NCBI GenBank assembly: GCA_965199495.1
Contig: CBDASK010000003.1
Location: 896,001 to 960,000, forward strand
Source of the DNA: Abditibacterium sp.
GTDB lineage: Bacteria > Armatimonadota > Abditibacteriia > Abditibacteriales > Abditibacteriaceae
Reading direction: 5' to 3'
Length of the DNA stretch: 64,000 nucleotides
A model generated the notes under the pieces. That model had not been told where the DNA came from and made no database searches. It saw nothing but the letters and a program-made list of their open reading frames with translations. The position numbers and the translations under genes are program-made. This document shows, piece by piece, positions 18,742 to 27,899 of this stretch (the first letter of the stretch is position 1; every line of letters starts with the position of its first letter).

Positions 18742-19953
18742 TTAACCCAGCTTGCGCGATTTCGGGTCGAGTGCATCGCGCAGACCGTCGCCTAAAAAGT
18801 TAAAAGCTAAAGTCGCCATAAAAATAGTCAGGCCGGGCGCTAAAATCCACGGGCGCGTCGTTAGCGTTGTGTTATCTTGGGCCGCCGAAAGCATGTTGCC
18901 CCAACTCGCCATCGGATCGCGGATGCCCAAACCCAAAAAGCTCAGGCCCGCTTCAGCCAGAATATAGCCGGGCACGCTCATCGTGGCGGCGATAATGGCG
19001 TAGGTGAACGTCGAGGGCAAAATGTGGCGCGTGATTAATTGCATATCGCTCAGCCCCAGCGATTTGCCCGCCTCGACGTATTCGCGCTCGCGCACGCTCA
19101 AAACCATGCCGCGCACGATGCGCGCCATGCCCGCCCAACCGACGAAGCTCAAAATGATGATAATCAGGAAATAAACGACGACCGGATTGAGCGTCGGCGG
19201 CAGAGCGGCAGCCAACGCCAGCAATAGATAAAAATCGGGCACTGACATAATCACTTCGCAGCCGCGCATAATCAAATCGTCGGTGCGCCCACCGTAAAAC
19301 CCGGCGATGCCGCCGACGAGCATTCCCAGCGTGAAGGTAATCGCGATGCCGATAAATCCGACGGACAAACTGATCATCGAACCGAAGATGAGACGCGAGA
19401 AATAATCGCGCCCGAATTGGTCGGTGCCCAACAAGAAAACCGGCCCATTTTCGGCGCCCGTCAGATGAACGTCGGTTGGAATGAAACCCCATAATTTGTA
19501 GGGCGTGCCGTGAATAAAAAACCGCAACGGCCATTTTTTGGCTTTATCGGGCAGCCAATCGCCCGCCTGATAGGTCGTGCCGTAGACGAACGGCATCGGA
19601 TCGAACCGCACCCGCATCGGCGGATGATAAGACGCGTTGATGCCTTGCGGATTTTGATCGTTGTAATCGTAGGTCGCCACGAACTGCCCGAAAATCGCGA
19701 CCAAATACATGACGACGAGAAGCCACAAACCGATCATCGAGAGCCGATTCTTGCGGAGTTCCTTCCACGCGAGTTGCGCCGGGCTGCCGGTATCAGGCGG
19801 CAAATCGCGCGCGGCTTTGCCAGTCAACATTTGGTTGCCCGCGCGCCGTTCGCTTTTGCTCAGTTCGACGGGCGAAAGCGCGGGCGCGGCGATAATTTGG
19901 CCTTCGGTGGCGCCGGGCAAAGGTTCGGGCGGGCTTTGAGTAGGGTCTTGCAT
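18742..19953 (-). CDS. Peptide ABC transporter permease (OppC/DppC-like)
   Basis: LLGTDQFGRD, EYVEAGKSLG and FLGDGLRDALDP motifs. Confidence 0.95.
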   Translation of the reverse strand: MQDPTQSPPEPLPGATEGQIIAAPALSPVELSKSERRAGNQMLTGKAARDLPPDTGSPAQLAWKELRKNRLSMIGLWLLVVMYLVAIFGQFVATYDYNDQNPQGINASYHPPMRVRFDPMPFVYGTTYQAGDWLPDKAKKWPLRFFIHGTPYKLWGFIPTDVHLTGAENGPVFLLGTDQFGRDYFSRLIFGSMISLSVGFIGIAITFTLGMLVGGIAGFYGGRTDDLIMRGCEVIMSVPDFYLLLALAAALPPTLNPVVVYFLIIIILSFVGWAGMARIVRGMVLSVREREYVEAGKSLGLSDMQLITRHILPSTFTYAIIAATMSVPGYILAEAGLSFLGLGIRDPMASWGNMLSAAQDNTTLTTRPWILAPGLTIFMATLAFNFLGDGLRDALDPKSRKLG

Positions 19954-19960
19954 TGGCAAA

Positions 19961-20365
19961 TTAATCTTCGTGTTCGAGTTCTTCGGGCCATTCGTCGTCT
20001 ATCGTCAGTTGCGCTTGGTCGCCCGCCACGAATTTTTCCAGTTGCGCACGGTCGGCAAACGTAATTTGGTTATGGCTGATTTCGGTGCCGTCGCCCGGCT
20101 GTTCTTCATCGCTGAAACATTGCATCAACTTGCGCAAACCCAAAAATTTGAACTCGGCTGGCTCATCGCTTAGAGTCAAACCTTTGAAAGGATGATCGCG
20201 ATTTTGATCGTGAGTTTCATCTTCACGGGCGCGAGCCTCAGCTTTGGCATGCGCCTCTTTCGGCGTGGTTGCCTCAATCAAGAAGATATTTTCCCAAATC
20301 GGAAACTCAGTTTGCTCACCCGAATTCAGGCGAATGAGCATCACAGCGTGCGCGGCATACCACAT
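19961..20365 (-). CDS. DUF4288-like small acidic protein
   Basis: MWY.A, WENIFLIEA...EA and F.GLRKL motifs. Confidence 0.65.
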   Translation of the reverse strand: MWYAAHAVMLIRLNSGEQTEFPIWENIFLIEATTPKEAHAKAEARAREDETHDQNRDHPFKGLTLSDEPAEFKFLGLRKLMQCFSDEEQPGDGTEISHNQITFADRAQLEKFVAGDQAQLTIDDEWPEELEHED

Positions 20366-20376
20366 AAATTTATCTC

Positions 20377-21339
20377 CTACGAAAACTTAATGCGTGGATC
20401 GGTGACCGCCAGCAAAATATCGGCGACCAAGTTGCCCGCGATTAACAACAGCGTGCCCATCACGAACGAGGCCATCGCGACATACAAATCGCTACTCTGC
20501 ACCGATTCGAGCAATAGACGCCCCAATCCCGGCCATGCCATCACGTTTTCGACCAAGGCAGAACCCGCCAAAAGTCCCGATAATTCGTAGCCAAATAAAG
20601 TAATCAACGGGTTAATCGAGTTGCGCACCGCGTGTTTCCATACGACTTTGCGTTCGCTGAGGCCGCGCGCGCGCGCCGCCAAAATATAATTTTCGCCCAG
20701 CACTTCCAGAGTGTTGCCGCGCATCTGGCGCATCAGACCAGCCACGCCGCGCGTGCCCAGCACCAAAACCGGCAAAATCAAGTGCCAGCCGGTGTCCTTG
20801 ATTTTATCAATTTGTGACATCGCTTCGTAGCCAATCGAAGTCGCGCCGCCCACGGGAAAATAGCCGTGTTCCGAAGCGAACTTCATCGCCAGCAATGCCA
20901 CGAAAAATCCCGGCAACGAAATGCCCGCAAACGCCAAAAAATTGGCCGCCCGATCCGCGAAACCGTTGCGATGGCGCGCGATGTAAACGCCCAGAGGAAT
21001 TGCCACGACCCACGCCAAAATCGTTGCCCACAACGACAAAATGAAGGTGTAATAAAGCCGTTGCTTTATCAGCGTGACTGCCTCGATTTTATAGCGAAAC
21101 GAGTAACCGAAATCGCCGTGCAGCGCGTTCCACAGCCAGCGCCCATATTGCACGTAAAGCGGCTGATCGAGGCCGAAACTTTTGCGCAGACTTTCAATAG
21201 TTTCGGGCCGAATCGTCGGCTGGCCGCGCAAAGTATCGAGGTAATCCGGCCCCAGTTGCATTACGCCAAACGACAGCACCGTTACGGCGAGCAAAAGTGG
21301 GATGAGCTGTAAAAGTCGGCGGAGAATAAAACGTTTCAT
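20377..21339 (-). CDS. Peptide ABC transporter permease (OppB/DppB-like)
   Basis: GLDQPLYVQY, YILAARARGL and DPRI motifs. Confidence 0.95.
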   Translation of the reverse strand: MKRFILRRLLQLIPLLLAVTVLSFGVMQLGPDYLDTLRGQPTIRPETIESLRKSFGLDQPLYVQYGRWLWNALHGDFGYSFRYKIEAVTLIKQRLYYTFILSLWATILAWVVAIPLGVYIARHRNGFADRAANFLAFAGISLPGFFVALLAMKFASEHGYFPVGGATSIGYEAMSQIDKIKDTGWHLILPVLVLGTRGVAGLMRQMRGNTLEVLGENYILAARARGLSERKVVWKHAVRNSINPLITLFGYELSGLLAGSALVENVMAWPGLGRLLLESVQSSDLYVAMASFVMGTLLLIAGNLVADILLAVTDPRIKFS

Positions 21340-21370
21340 TTTTGAGACGGGAACAAGGAACAACCATAAC

Positions 21371-23242
21371 TCATGGCTTGGCCCGCGTGGCTTTCAGATC
21401 ATACAACTCTTCCAAATTCCACGTCACGCCGCCCAGCGAACACGGTTTGACGTTGCCGAAACGATTATACAGCGCCACAATCGCGTCGGGCACGACGGTA
21501 TAAATATACGGTTGCTGCTCGCCGACGATCTTCTGAAAATCGCCATAAATCGCTTTGCGCTTGACCGGATCCATCTGCTGCGCGCCCTCGCGAAACAGCG
21601 TGTCAATTTGGGCCTCCCAAGGGCGCGTCGGCTTGGTTTGATACGGCTCCCACTGATGCATATTGCCGCCACTGTTCCACACGTTGACACCGTTGTGCGG
21701 CTCGACGCCGCCAGTTAAACCCAAAATCATCGCCTGCCAATCGAACGGCGGATAGGGTTTGCCCGGAATCACCTGATTGTCCACACGCGAAATTAGCGTC
21801 GGAAATGCGATGGCAGTAAAGGTCGCATCTATGCCGATTTTCTTCAAATCGTCGGTCACAATCGTGGCCGTGCCGACGCGCAATTTGTTCTCAACATTGG
21901 TAATGATATTGAAGCTCACTGGCTTGCCGTTGGGCAATTCCAAAATGCCGTCGCCGTTGGTATCTTTCAGTCCGATGTCCTGCAACATCGCTTTGGCTTT
22001 GGCCGGATTATATTCAAATTTGGGAATATCTTTGGTATAAAACAGTTTGTTGGCCGGAGTTTCCGGGCCGTAGCCGGGCTGCGCCAAACCATCGAACACA
22101 TTGCGCACGATCTGCTCGCGGTTAATCGCGTGCGAAACCGCCTGACGAAAACGCACATCGTTGAACAATTTGAACAGCTCCGGGTTTTGCTGCGCCGGTT
22201 TGCTGCGCATGTTCATGTTAAACGACAAAAAGTTGGTCGTCGTCGTCGGGCCGAGATTGGTGACTTTGAAATTTTTGGCGTCGGCCTTGGCGCTGACGGT
22301 TTTATAATCGCTTTGCGGAACGGGCATCACGTCGGTTTCGCCGCTCAAAAATTTCAGCGTCGTCGTGTTGGTGTCGGGCACAATGAGCGTCACCAAACGA
22401 TCAATATAGGGCAATTGGTCGCCGTTATCGGCTTTCTTCCAGTAATAGGGATTGCGTTTGTAAATCATGCGCTGGCCGGGCACATAAGAATCGAAAATAT
22501 ACGGCCCGCTGCACACGATTTTGGTGACATCAGTATCAATGCCCCACTTGGGATTGAACGCGGTTTTGCCGGGTTGGCCCTGTTTCCACGCCGCGTAAAG
22601 CGCGTGTTTGGGCGCGACGGGAATGTTGATAATATCGCGCGCCGGAGCGTAGGGAACCGGAAAAATAAAAGCGATTTTATCGGCGCCGACTTTTTTATAT
22701 TTGATCGGCTCGCGCTTGAAACCGCCTTTGCCATCGGGCACATCAACCTTCAGACCTTCGCGCATATTGGTTTGGACTTTCTCGTCGAAAATCACGTCGA
22801 GCGTGAACATCACGTCGTCCACCGTTAAAGGCTGGCCATCGCTCCATTTCAGACCCGGCTTCATGGTGAAAGTCCACGTCAGTTGGTCGGCTGAAACTTC
22901 GGGCAGTTCGGCCAGAGCGCTTTCCCATTGCAGCGTGTAGGAGTTGCGATTAATCAGCGTCGAAAACAGGTTGCCAACGGCATCGCCCGAACCGGCGTCG
23001 GCGGAAACCCACAGGTTGAAAGTTTTCGGATCGCCCAACGCCGAATCGGTCAGCGTGCCGCCATATTTGCCCGGTTTGGATTCGGGTTCTTTAACCTCGC
23101 CACCCTGCGCGTCGGCCAAACCGGCAGTGACGCGCGATTCATCGTTGACAGCGACGTTGGAATCGGCGAATTTTTCTTGCCCGCCGCAACCAGCCACGGC
23201 CACAAGAGACAAAATCGAGAACAGATAAAGGGGACGCATCAT
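21371..23242 (-). CDS. Peptide ABC transporter substrate-binding lipoprotein (SBP family 5)
   Basis: Lipobox VAGC; KWSDGQPLT.DDV.FT, SGPY and FRQAVSHAINR motifs. Confidence 0.95.
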   Translation of the reverse strand: MMRPLYLFSILSLVAVAGCGGQEKFADSNVAVNDESRVTAGLADAQGGEVKEPESKPGKYGGTLTDSALGDPKTFNLWVSADAGSGDAVGNLFSTLINRNSYTLQWESALAELPEVSADQLTWTFTMKPGLKWSDGQPLTVDDVMFTLDVIFDEKVQTNMREGLKVDVPDGKGGFKREPIKYKKVGADKIAFIFPVPYAPARDIINIPVAPKHALYAAWKQGQPGKTAFNPKWGIDTDVTKIVCSGPYIFDSYVPGQRMIYKRNPYYWKKADNGDQLPYIDRLVTLIVPDTNTTTLKFLSGETDVMPVPQSDYKTVSAKADAKNFKVTNLGPTTTTNFLSFNMNMRSKPAQQNPELFKLFNDVRFRQAVSHAINREQIVRNVFDGLAQPGYGPETPANKLFYTKDIPKFEYNPAKAKAMLQDIGLKDTNGDGILELPNGKPVSFNIITNVENKLRVGTATIVTDDLKKIGIDATFTAIAFPTLISRVDNQVIPGKPYPPFDWQAMILGLTGGVEPHNGVNVWNSGGNMHQWEPYQTKPTRPWEAQIDTLFREGAQQMDPVKRKAIYGDFQKIVGEQQPYIYTVVPDAIVALYNRFGNVKPCSLGGVTWNLEELYDLKATRAKP

Positions 23243-23385
23243 GGAAAATTCAAACGCTCGCGAGTTGAGAGCCGAGCGTCAAAAAGCTGCATTCTATTTT
23301 ATCCGATTCAGACTTCACCCATTGAGCGTTTGAAATACAACCGAAACAGGGGGCGGCTAACTCCCCTAAAAAGCGAGACAAAACA

Positions 23386-23416
23386 AAAAAGCCGCTCGAA
23401 ATTCGAGCGGCTTTTT
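23386..23416. terminator. Intrinsic terminator of the pilin gene
   Basis: AAAAAGCCGCTCGAA-a-TTCGAGCGGCTTTTT. Confidence 0.8.
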
Positions 23417-23438
23417 GCAATTCGGCTGGGAAGCGGAA

Positions 23439-23603
23439 TTAGGTGGTGGTAACGATGGAGTTGGACGCGGTGCCGAAGACACCTTTGATTTTGCCGCCCA
23501 ACAGGGTCAGCACAGCGATAACAACGAGGGCGATCAGCGAGATCAAAAGGCCGTATTCAACGAGGGTCTGGCCCTCTTCTTCTTGCAAAAATTGTTTCAT
23601 CAT
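23439..23603 (-). CDS. flp: Flp/Fap (Tad-type) pilin, 54 aa, not in the ORF track
   Basis: MMKQFLQEEEG/QTLVEYGLLISLIALVVIAVLTLLGGKIKGVFGTASNSIVTTT with the G/xxxxEY prepilin motif; AGGAG RBS. Confidence 0.92.
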   Translation of the reverse strand: MMKQFLQEEEGQTLVEYGLLISLIALVVIAVLTLLGGKIKGVFGTASNSIVTTT

Positions 23604-23685
23604 GGGTAATTTATTCTCCTAAATTTTGAGGCGGGCGTTTTGGTTTCGCTTTCTGGGCTAACCTCGCCGCCACGAAACTTTATGT

Positions 23686-23701
23686 AGCAACGGAATTGCC
23701 A
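23686..23701 (-). promoter_or_regulatory. Sigma54-type -24/-12 promoter of the pilin
   Basis: TGGCAATTCCGTTGCT (GG-N10-GC), about 85 bp upstream of the start. Confidence 0.65.
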
Positions 23702-23731
23702 GCAGAAAAATTTCTCAATTTAAATTTAGCG

Positions 23732-24364
23732 TTAGGTATAAATCGTGGTGCGTTTCGATTTCCAGTCGTGCTGTTCGAGCGCACGCCAGATGGCGCGCGC
23801 GATTTTGCCGCCGCCGCGCACTGATGGCTCGATTTCGTTGGCGTAATCGGCGCATTCGCCGCAAACCAGACGCAAGTCAATGAGGGGCGCGCCGAACTCG
23901 ACGGCGTTGCGAGTGATGGATTCGTTGAAGAGCGCCAGGCCGGTGGCGACTAACTGCCCGGTGCGCGCATCGGCGAAGTTGGCGTCGTAAATTGTGCAAA
24001 CGATCAACGGTAAACCCGTTTTTTCGAGTAATTTCATCACTTCGGCGTGCGCCAGCCCAAAGGCGTCGGCGATGGCGCGCGATTTGAGCAGAACTTCGGC
24101 GACCGAACCCGCCTCTTCCATTAAAAAATCTGAGTTCATCAACGCATCGTTGCCGCCGACGCTTATTACTAAATGCGTCGCATCCGGGGGCAAATGTTTG
24201 AGTTGGCGAGCGATGTCAACCGTCATATCGCCATCGGTGGCCAGCAAAGTGACGCAATCGTCCGCAGCCATCAGACGATGCAATTGGGCGGCGACATCGG
24301 GGCCGCCGTCCGTATAAGCGGCGTTATCTAAAATTGAGTCGCCTAATAAAACTACGTGTTTCAT
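23732..24364 (-). CDS. SGNH/GDSL hydrolase
   Basis: LLGDSILDN and SVGGND motifs. Confidence 0.9.
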   Translation of the reverse strand: MKHVVLLGDSILDNAAYTDGGPDVAAQLHRLMAADDCVTLLATDGDMTVDIARQLKHLPPDATHLVISVGGNDALMNSDFLMEEAGSVAEVLLKSRAIADAFGLAHAEVMKLLEKTGLPLIVCTIYDANFADARTGQLVATGLALFNESITRNAVEFGAPLIDLRLVCGECADYANEIEPSVRGGGKIARAIWRALEQHDWKSKRTTIYT

Positions 24365-24489
24365 GAGTTGTTTCGTCCCCCATTTAAGCCTGCCACGCGA
24401 GTGAATTACCTTGAAGGCAATTCGCGCAAATTGTCATACTAAATCTTACGATTTTAGAGCGCAGTCCATCCGCTCCGCGCGATTTCTCC

Positions 24490-25488
24490 ATGAATTCTTC
24501 CCTTCCACTCTCGCTGGTTCCCGACTTTGATTTGCCCGATGGTTCGCGCGCCTCGCATTGGCGCGGGCGTCCACTGATTGTCGCGTTTGCGCCCGACGAC
24601 TGGAATCCGGCGCGCGCGCAGCAAAACGAAATTTGGCATCAGTTGGCGGCGCAGTTTGGTGCCGAAATCGTGGACACCTCCTCCGACGACTGGCACGCCT
24701 TTGACAGCCACGGCGAGACGGCGATGCGTTTTGGCGTGCGCGGGCAACGCGCCATTTTCGTCATTGACGAAAATGGCCAAATCGCCTGGCAGTGGAAATC
24801 GGACGGCGAAGAGGTCGCGCCCGGCGAAGTGTTGGCGGCTTTGGAAAAGTTGGATGTGACCGAAAAACGCGGCGCTTTGTCGCGCCGCTCGTTTTTGGCG
24901 GCGACGTTGGCGGCGAGCGCGGTTTTGGCGCTTTCGGGTCGCGGCGCACTCGCGCGCAACCAGAACGAACTGACGCCGCCCGCGCCGGGCGAAGCGCGCT
25001 TCAAATCGAGCGATTCCTACGACAAAACCGATACGATTCCGGTGAAGTTGCGCGTCAACGGCAAAGTTCGCACGCTGCAAATCGAGTCGCGCGTGGCGCT
25101 TTTGGACGCGTTACGCGAATACATCGGTTTGACCGGCAGCAAAAAAGGCTGCGATCACGGTCAGTGCGGCGCCTGCACCGTTCATATTGATGGCGAGCGC
25201 CAACTGTCGTGTTTAACGCTGGCGGTCATGGCGCAGGGCCGCGAAATCACCACCATCGAAGGTTTGTCGCAGGGCGAGAACTTGCATCCGATGCAAATGG
25301 CGTTCGTGCAAAACGATGCGTTTCAATGCGGTTATTGCACGCCGGGCCAAATCATGTCGGCGGTCGCGCTGCAACGCGAGGGAGGCGACGGCTCGGACGC
25401 CCAAATCCGCGAAGGCATGAGCGGAAATTTGTGTCGTTGCGCCGCGTATCCCAACATTGTGGCAGCGATCAAAGCGGCGCGTGCGTAA
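24490..25488 (+). CDS. PaoA/YagT-like 2Fe-2S subunit with an N-terminal redoxin-like domain and internal Tat motif
   Basis: GCDHGQCGACT, QCGYCTPG and NLCRC motifs; SRRSFL at about residue 131; N-terminal PDF.L....RAIFVIDENGQI. Confidence 0.85.
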   Translation: MNSSLPLSLVPDFDLPDGSRASHWRGRPLIVAFAPDDWNPARAQQNEIWHQLAAQFGAEIVDTSSDDWHAFDSHGETAMRFGVRGQRAIFVIDENGQIAWQWKSDGEEVAPGEVLAALEKLDVTEKRGALSRRSFLAATLAASAVLALSGRGALARNQNELTPPAPGEARFKSSDSYDKTDTIPVKLRVNGKVRTLQIESRVALLDALREYIGLTGSKKGCDHGQCGACTVHIDGERQLSCLTLAVMAQGREITTIEGLSQGENLHPMQMAFVQNDAFQCGYCTPGQIMSAVALQREGGDGSDAQIREGMSGNLCRCAAYPNIVAAIKAARA

Positions 25489-25492
25489 CCCC

Positions 25493-25553
25493 AATCGTAG
25501 GGGCTTGCCGCGCAAGCCTTGATTCAGGTCTTGCGCGGCAAGCCCCTACGATT
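25493..25553. repeat. REP doublet, GTAGGGGCTTGCCGCGCAAGCC family
   Basis: 24-bp perfect arms at 25493-25516 and 25530-25553, GTAG-led. Confidence 0.85.
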
Positions 25554-25563
25554 TATCAAACCA

Positions 25564-26601
25564 ATGAAACCCTTCAAATACCAGCGCGCTCAGAGCTTCG
25601 ATGCAGCCACGGCGCAAGCGTTGGGCGATGGCGGCCTCGATTTCGTCGCGGGCGGCACCACGCAAATTGACCTGATGAAAGAGAACGTGATGCAGCCCAA
25701 CGTGTTGCTCGATCTCAACCCGATTTTGTCGCGCGACATCATCACGCGTGAGGGCGGTTTACGCATCGGCGCGGGCGTGTCCAATACGGCGGCGGCTCAC
25801 CATCCCGAAATCGTGGGCCGCTATCCCGGTTTGTCCGAGGCGATTTTGGCGGGCGCGTCGGGCCAAATCCGCAACATGGCGACGATGGGCGGCAACGTTT
25901 TGCAAAAAACGCGCTGTCCTTATTATCGCGATACCGCCCTGCCCTGCAACAAACGCGAGCCGGGTTCGGGTTGCGGCGCCATCGGCGGCATCAACGCCAA
26001 TCACGCGATTTTCGGCGGCAGTCCCGAATGTATCAAGCTCTATCAGGGCGATATGGCCGTGATGCTAAGCGCGCTCGACGCCATCGTGCAAACGCGTTTG
26101 CCGAGCGGCGCGCGCTCGATCAAGATGCCCGATTTGCATCGTCTGCCGGGCGATACACCGCAATTCGACACGATTTTGCAGCCGGGCGAAATCATCACTT
26201 TTATAGATTTGCCCGCGTTTTCGGGCCGCTCGCATTATCTCAAAGTGCGCGACCGCGCCAGCTACGCCTACGCGCGCGTGAGTTGCGCCGTCGCGATGGA
26301 ATTGCAGGGCGAGAAAATCAAAAGCGCGCGCATCGCGCTGGGCAGCGTCGCGCCCAAACCGTGGCGCGCCACGCAAGCCGAAGCGATGTTAGCTGGCCAA
26401 ACGCCGACCGAAGAACTCTTTCGCGAAGCCGCCCGCGCCGCGTTCGCCGACGCCAAACCGTTGGAATACAACGCTTACAAAGTGCCGCTGGGCCAAAACG
26501 TCATGGTGCGATGCCTGATGGAAACCAGTGGATTGATGCCATTGCAGGGAAAATCCGGCACCGTCTTCGCTTCCAGCGTCGGCGCCGTGGCTGGCATGTG
26601 A
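25564..26601 (+). CDS. PaoB/YagS-like FAD-binding subunit
   Basis: AGGTT.IDLMK, QIRNMATMGGN and YLKVRDRASY motifs. Confidence 0.93.
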   Translation: MKPFKYQRAQSFDAATAQALGDGGLDFVAGGTTQIDLMKENVMQPNVLLDLNPILSRDIITREGGLRIGAGVSNTAAAHHPEIVGRYPGLSEAILAGASGQIRNMATMGGNVLQKTRCPYYRDTALPCNKREPGSGCGAIGGINANHAIFGGSPECIKLYQGDMAVMLSALDAIVQTRLPSGARSIKMPDLHRLPGDTPQFDTILQPGEIITFIDLPAFSGRSHYLKVRDRASYAYARVSCAVAMELQGEKIKSARIALGSVAPKPWRATQAEAMLAGQTPTEELFREAARAAFADAKPLEYNAYKVPLGQNVMVRCLMETSGLMPLQGKSGTVFASSVGAVAGM

Positions 26602-26611
26602 ATTTCAGTGA

Positions 26612-26713
26612 CAAGGGGCAGGGAACAAGGAACAAGGAAACGCACGCTTAAAACGTAGAATCACGCTTTCTTTCCGCTAATTTCTTGTTCCTTTTTCCCT
26701 GCCCCTTGCCCCT
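26612..26713. repeat. Inverted pair of heptamer-like tandem repeats
   Basis: AAGGGGC-AGGGAAC-AAGGAAC-AAGGAAA with an imperfect complement at about 26681-26713. Confidence 0.6.
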
Positions 26714-26719
26714 TTATCT

Positions 26720-27703
26720 ATGCACGAACGCACTGCAATTCTCGACTTGTGGAATGCCGCTCATGCCGCCGAAATTGACGCGGCGTTGGCGACGGTCGTC
26801 GAAGTCAAAGGCTCGGCCTATCGCCGCGCGGGCGCGCGCATGATTTTGACAAATGATGGGCGCAGTGCGGGCATTCTCAACGGCGGCTGTTTGGACGCCG
26901 ATTTGTGGATTCGCGCACGGCAAGCGATGGAAAGCGGGCGCGCGCAGTTAGCGATTTATGACACGCAATCTTCGCAAGATATTGTTTTCGGATTGGGTTT
27001 GGGTTGTCGCGGCGTGGTCAAAATTTTGATCGAACCCATCGAAAATCTCGATTGGCTACGCGACGACGCCGTCGCCGTGGCTGCATTCGAGGACGAGTTA
27101 GAATTGGGCACGCGCGCCGGAGACGACGAATTCGTCGGGCGCCCGCAAATCATCGCGACCGCGACGGGACGCGCGTTCATCGAACGATTGGAGGCGCCGC
27201 AACCGTTAATCATTTTTGGCGCGGGCGCCGACGCGGTGCCGCTCGCGCAGATGGTCGAATTGTTGGGCTGGAACGTGCAAATCGTTGATCCGCGCGCGCC
27301 GCATTCAGAGCGCCCAGTTCACTTGCCCAACGCGCGATATGTGGCATCCGAACGGTTGGGCGAACTTCAAATTCCGGCGCGCGCGGCGTGCGTTTTGATG
27401 ACGCATAACTTTTTGCACGATCTCGAAATTTTGAAACGCTTGTTGCCATCGAACGCGAGTTACATCGGATTGTTGGGGCCGCGCCGCCGCGCCGATGAAC
27501 TGTTGGAAAAGTTGAACGAAGAAACTTTATCGCCGGGCATAGCAGCCACGGCGGAGCAGTTGGCGAAGTTGCACGCGCCAATTGGCCTCGACATCGGCGC
27601 CGAAACGCCCGCCGAGATCGCTCTGGCGATTGTCGCGGAAATCCAGAAAATTCGGCGCGCCAAAAGCGGCGCGAGCCTACGAGAGTTGAACGCGATTCAT
27701 TGA
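26720..27703 (+). CDS. xdhC: XdhC/CoxI family Moco maturation factor
   Basis: GSAYRRAGA.M, LGLGC.G, YIGLLGP and PIGLDIGAETPAEIA motifs. Confidence 0.9.
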   Translation: MHERTAILDLWNAAHAAEIDAALATVVEVKGSAYRRAGARMILTNDGRSAGILNGGCLDADLWIRARQAMESGRAQLAIYDTQSSQDIVFGLGLGCRGVVKILIEPIENLDWLRDDAVAVAAFEDELELGTRAGDDEFVGRPQIIATATGRAFIERLEAPQPLIIFGAGADAVPLAQMVELLGWNVQIVDPRAPHSERPVHLPNARYVASERLGELQIPARAACVLMTHNFLHDLEILKRLLPSNASYIGLLGPRRRADELLEKLNEETLSPGIAATAEQLAKLHAPIGLDIGAETPAEIALAIVAEIQKIRRAKSGASLRELNAIH

Positions 27704-27705
27704 GT

Positions 27706-27879
27706 GTGAGGCGTTTAGCCCCCTCCCCAGCCCTCTCCCGGAACGGGGGAGGGAACACCCACTCGGAGTTATGATTTGTTTCAACTAACTTCAAGTTAGT
27801 TGAACCTAACTAAAACCTGCTCGAACGTGCTCCCTCTCCCGGAACGGGGGAGGGCTGGGGAGGGGGCTAAACGCCTCAC
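27706..27879. repeat. Palindromic element H (CCCCTCCCC..GGGGAGGG family)
   Basis: GTGAGGCGTTTAGCCCCCTCCCCAGCCCTC at the left end and its complement at the right; small internal palindrome at 27780-27804. Confidence 0.85.
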
Positions 27880-27899
27880 CACAAAAAACCAAAATTATC

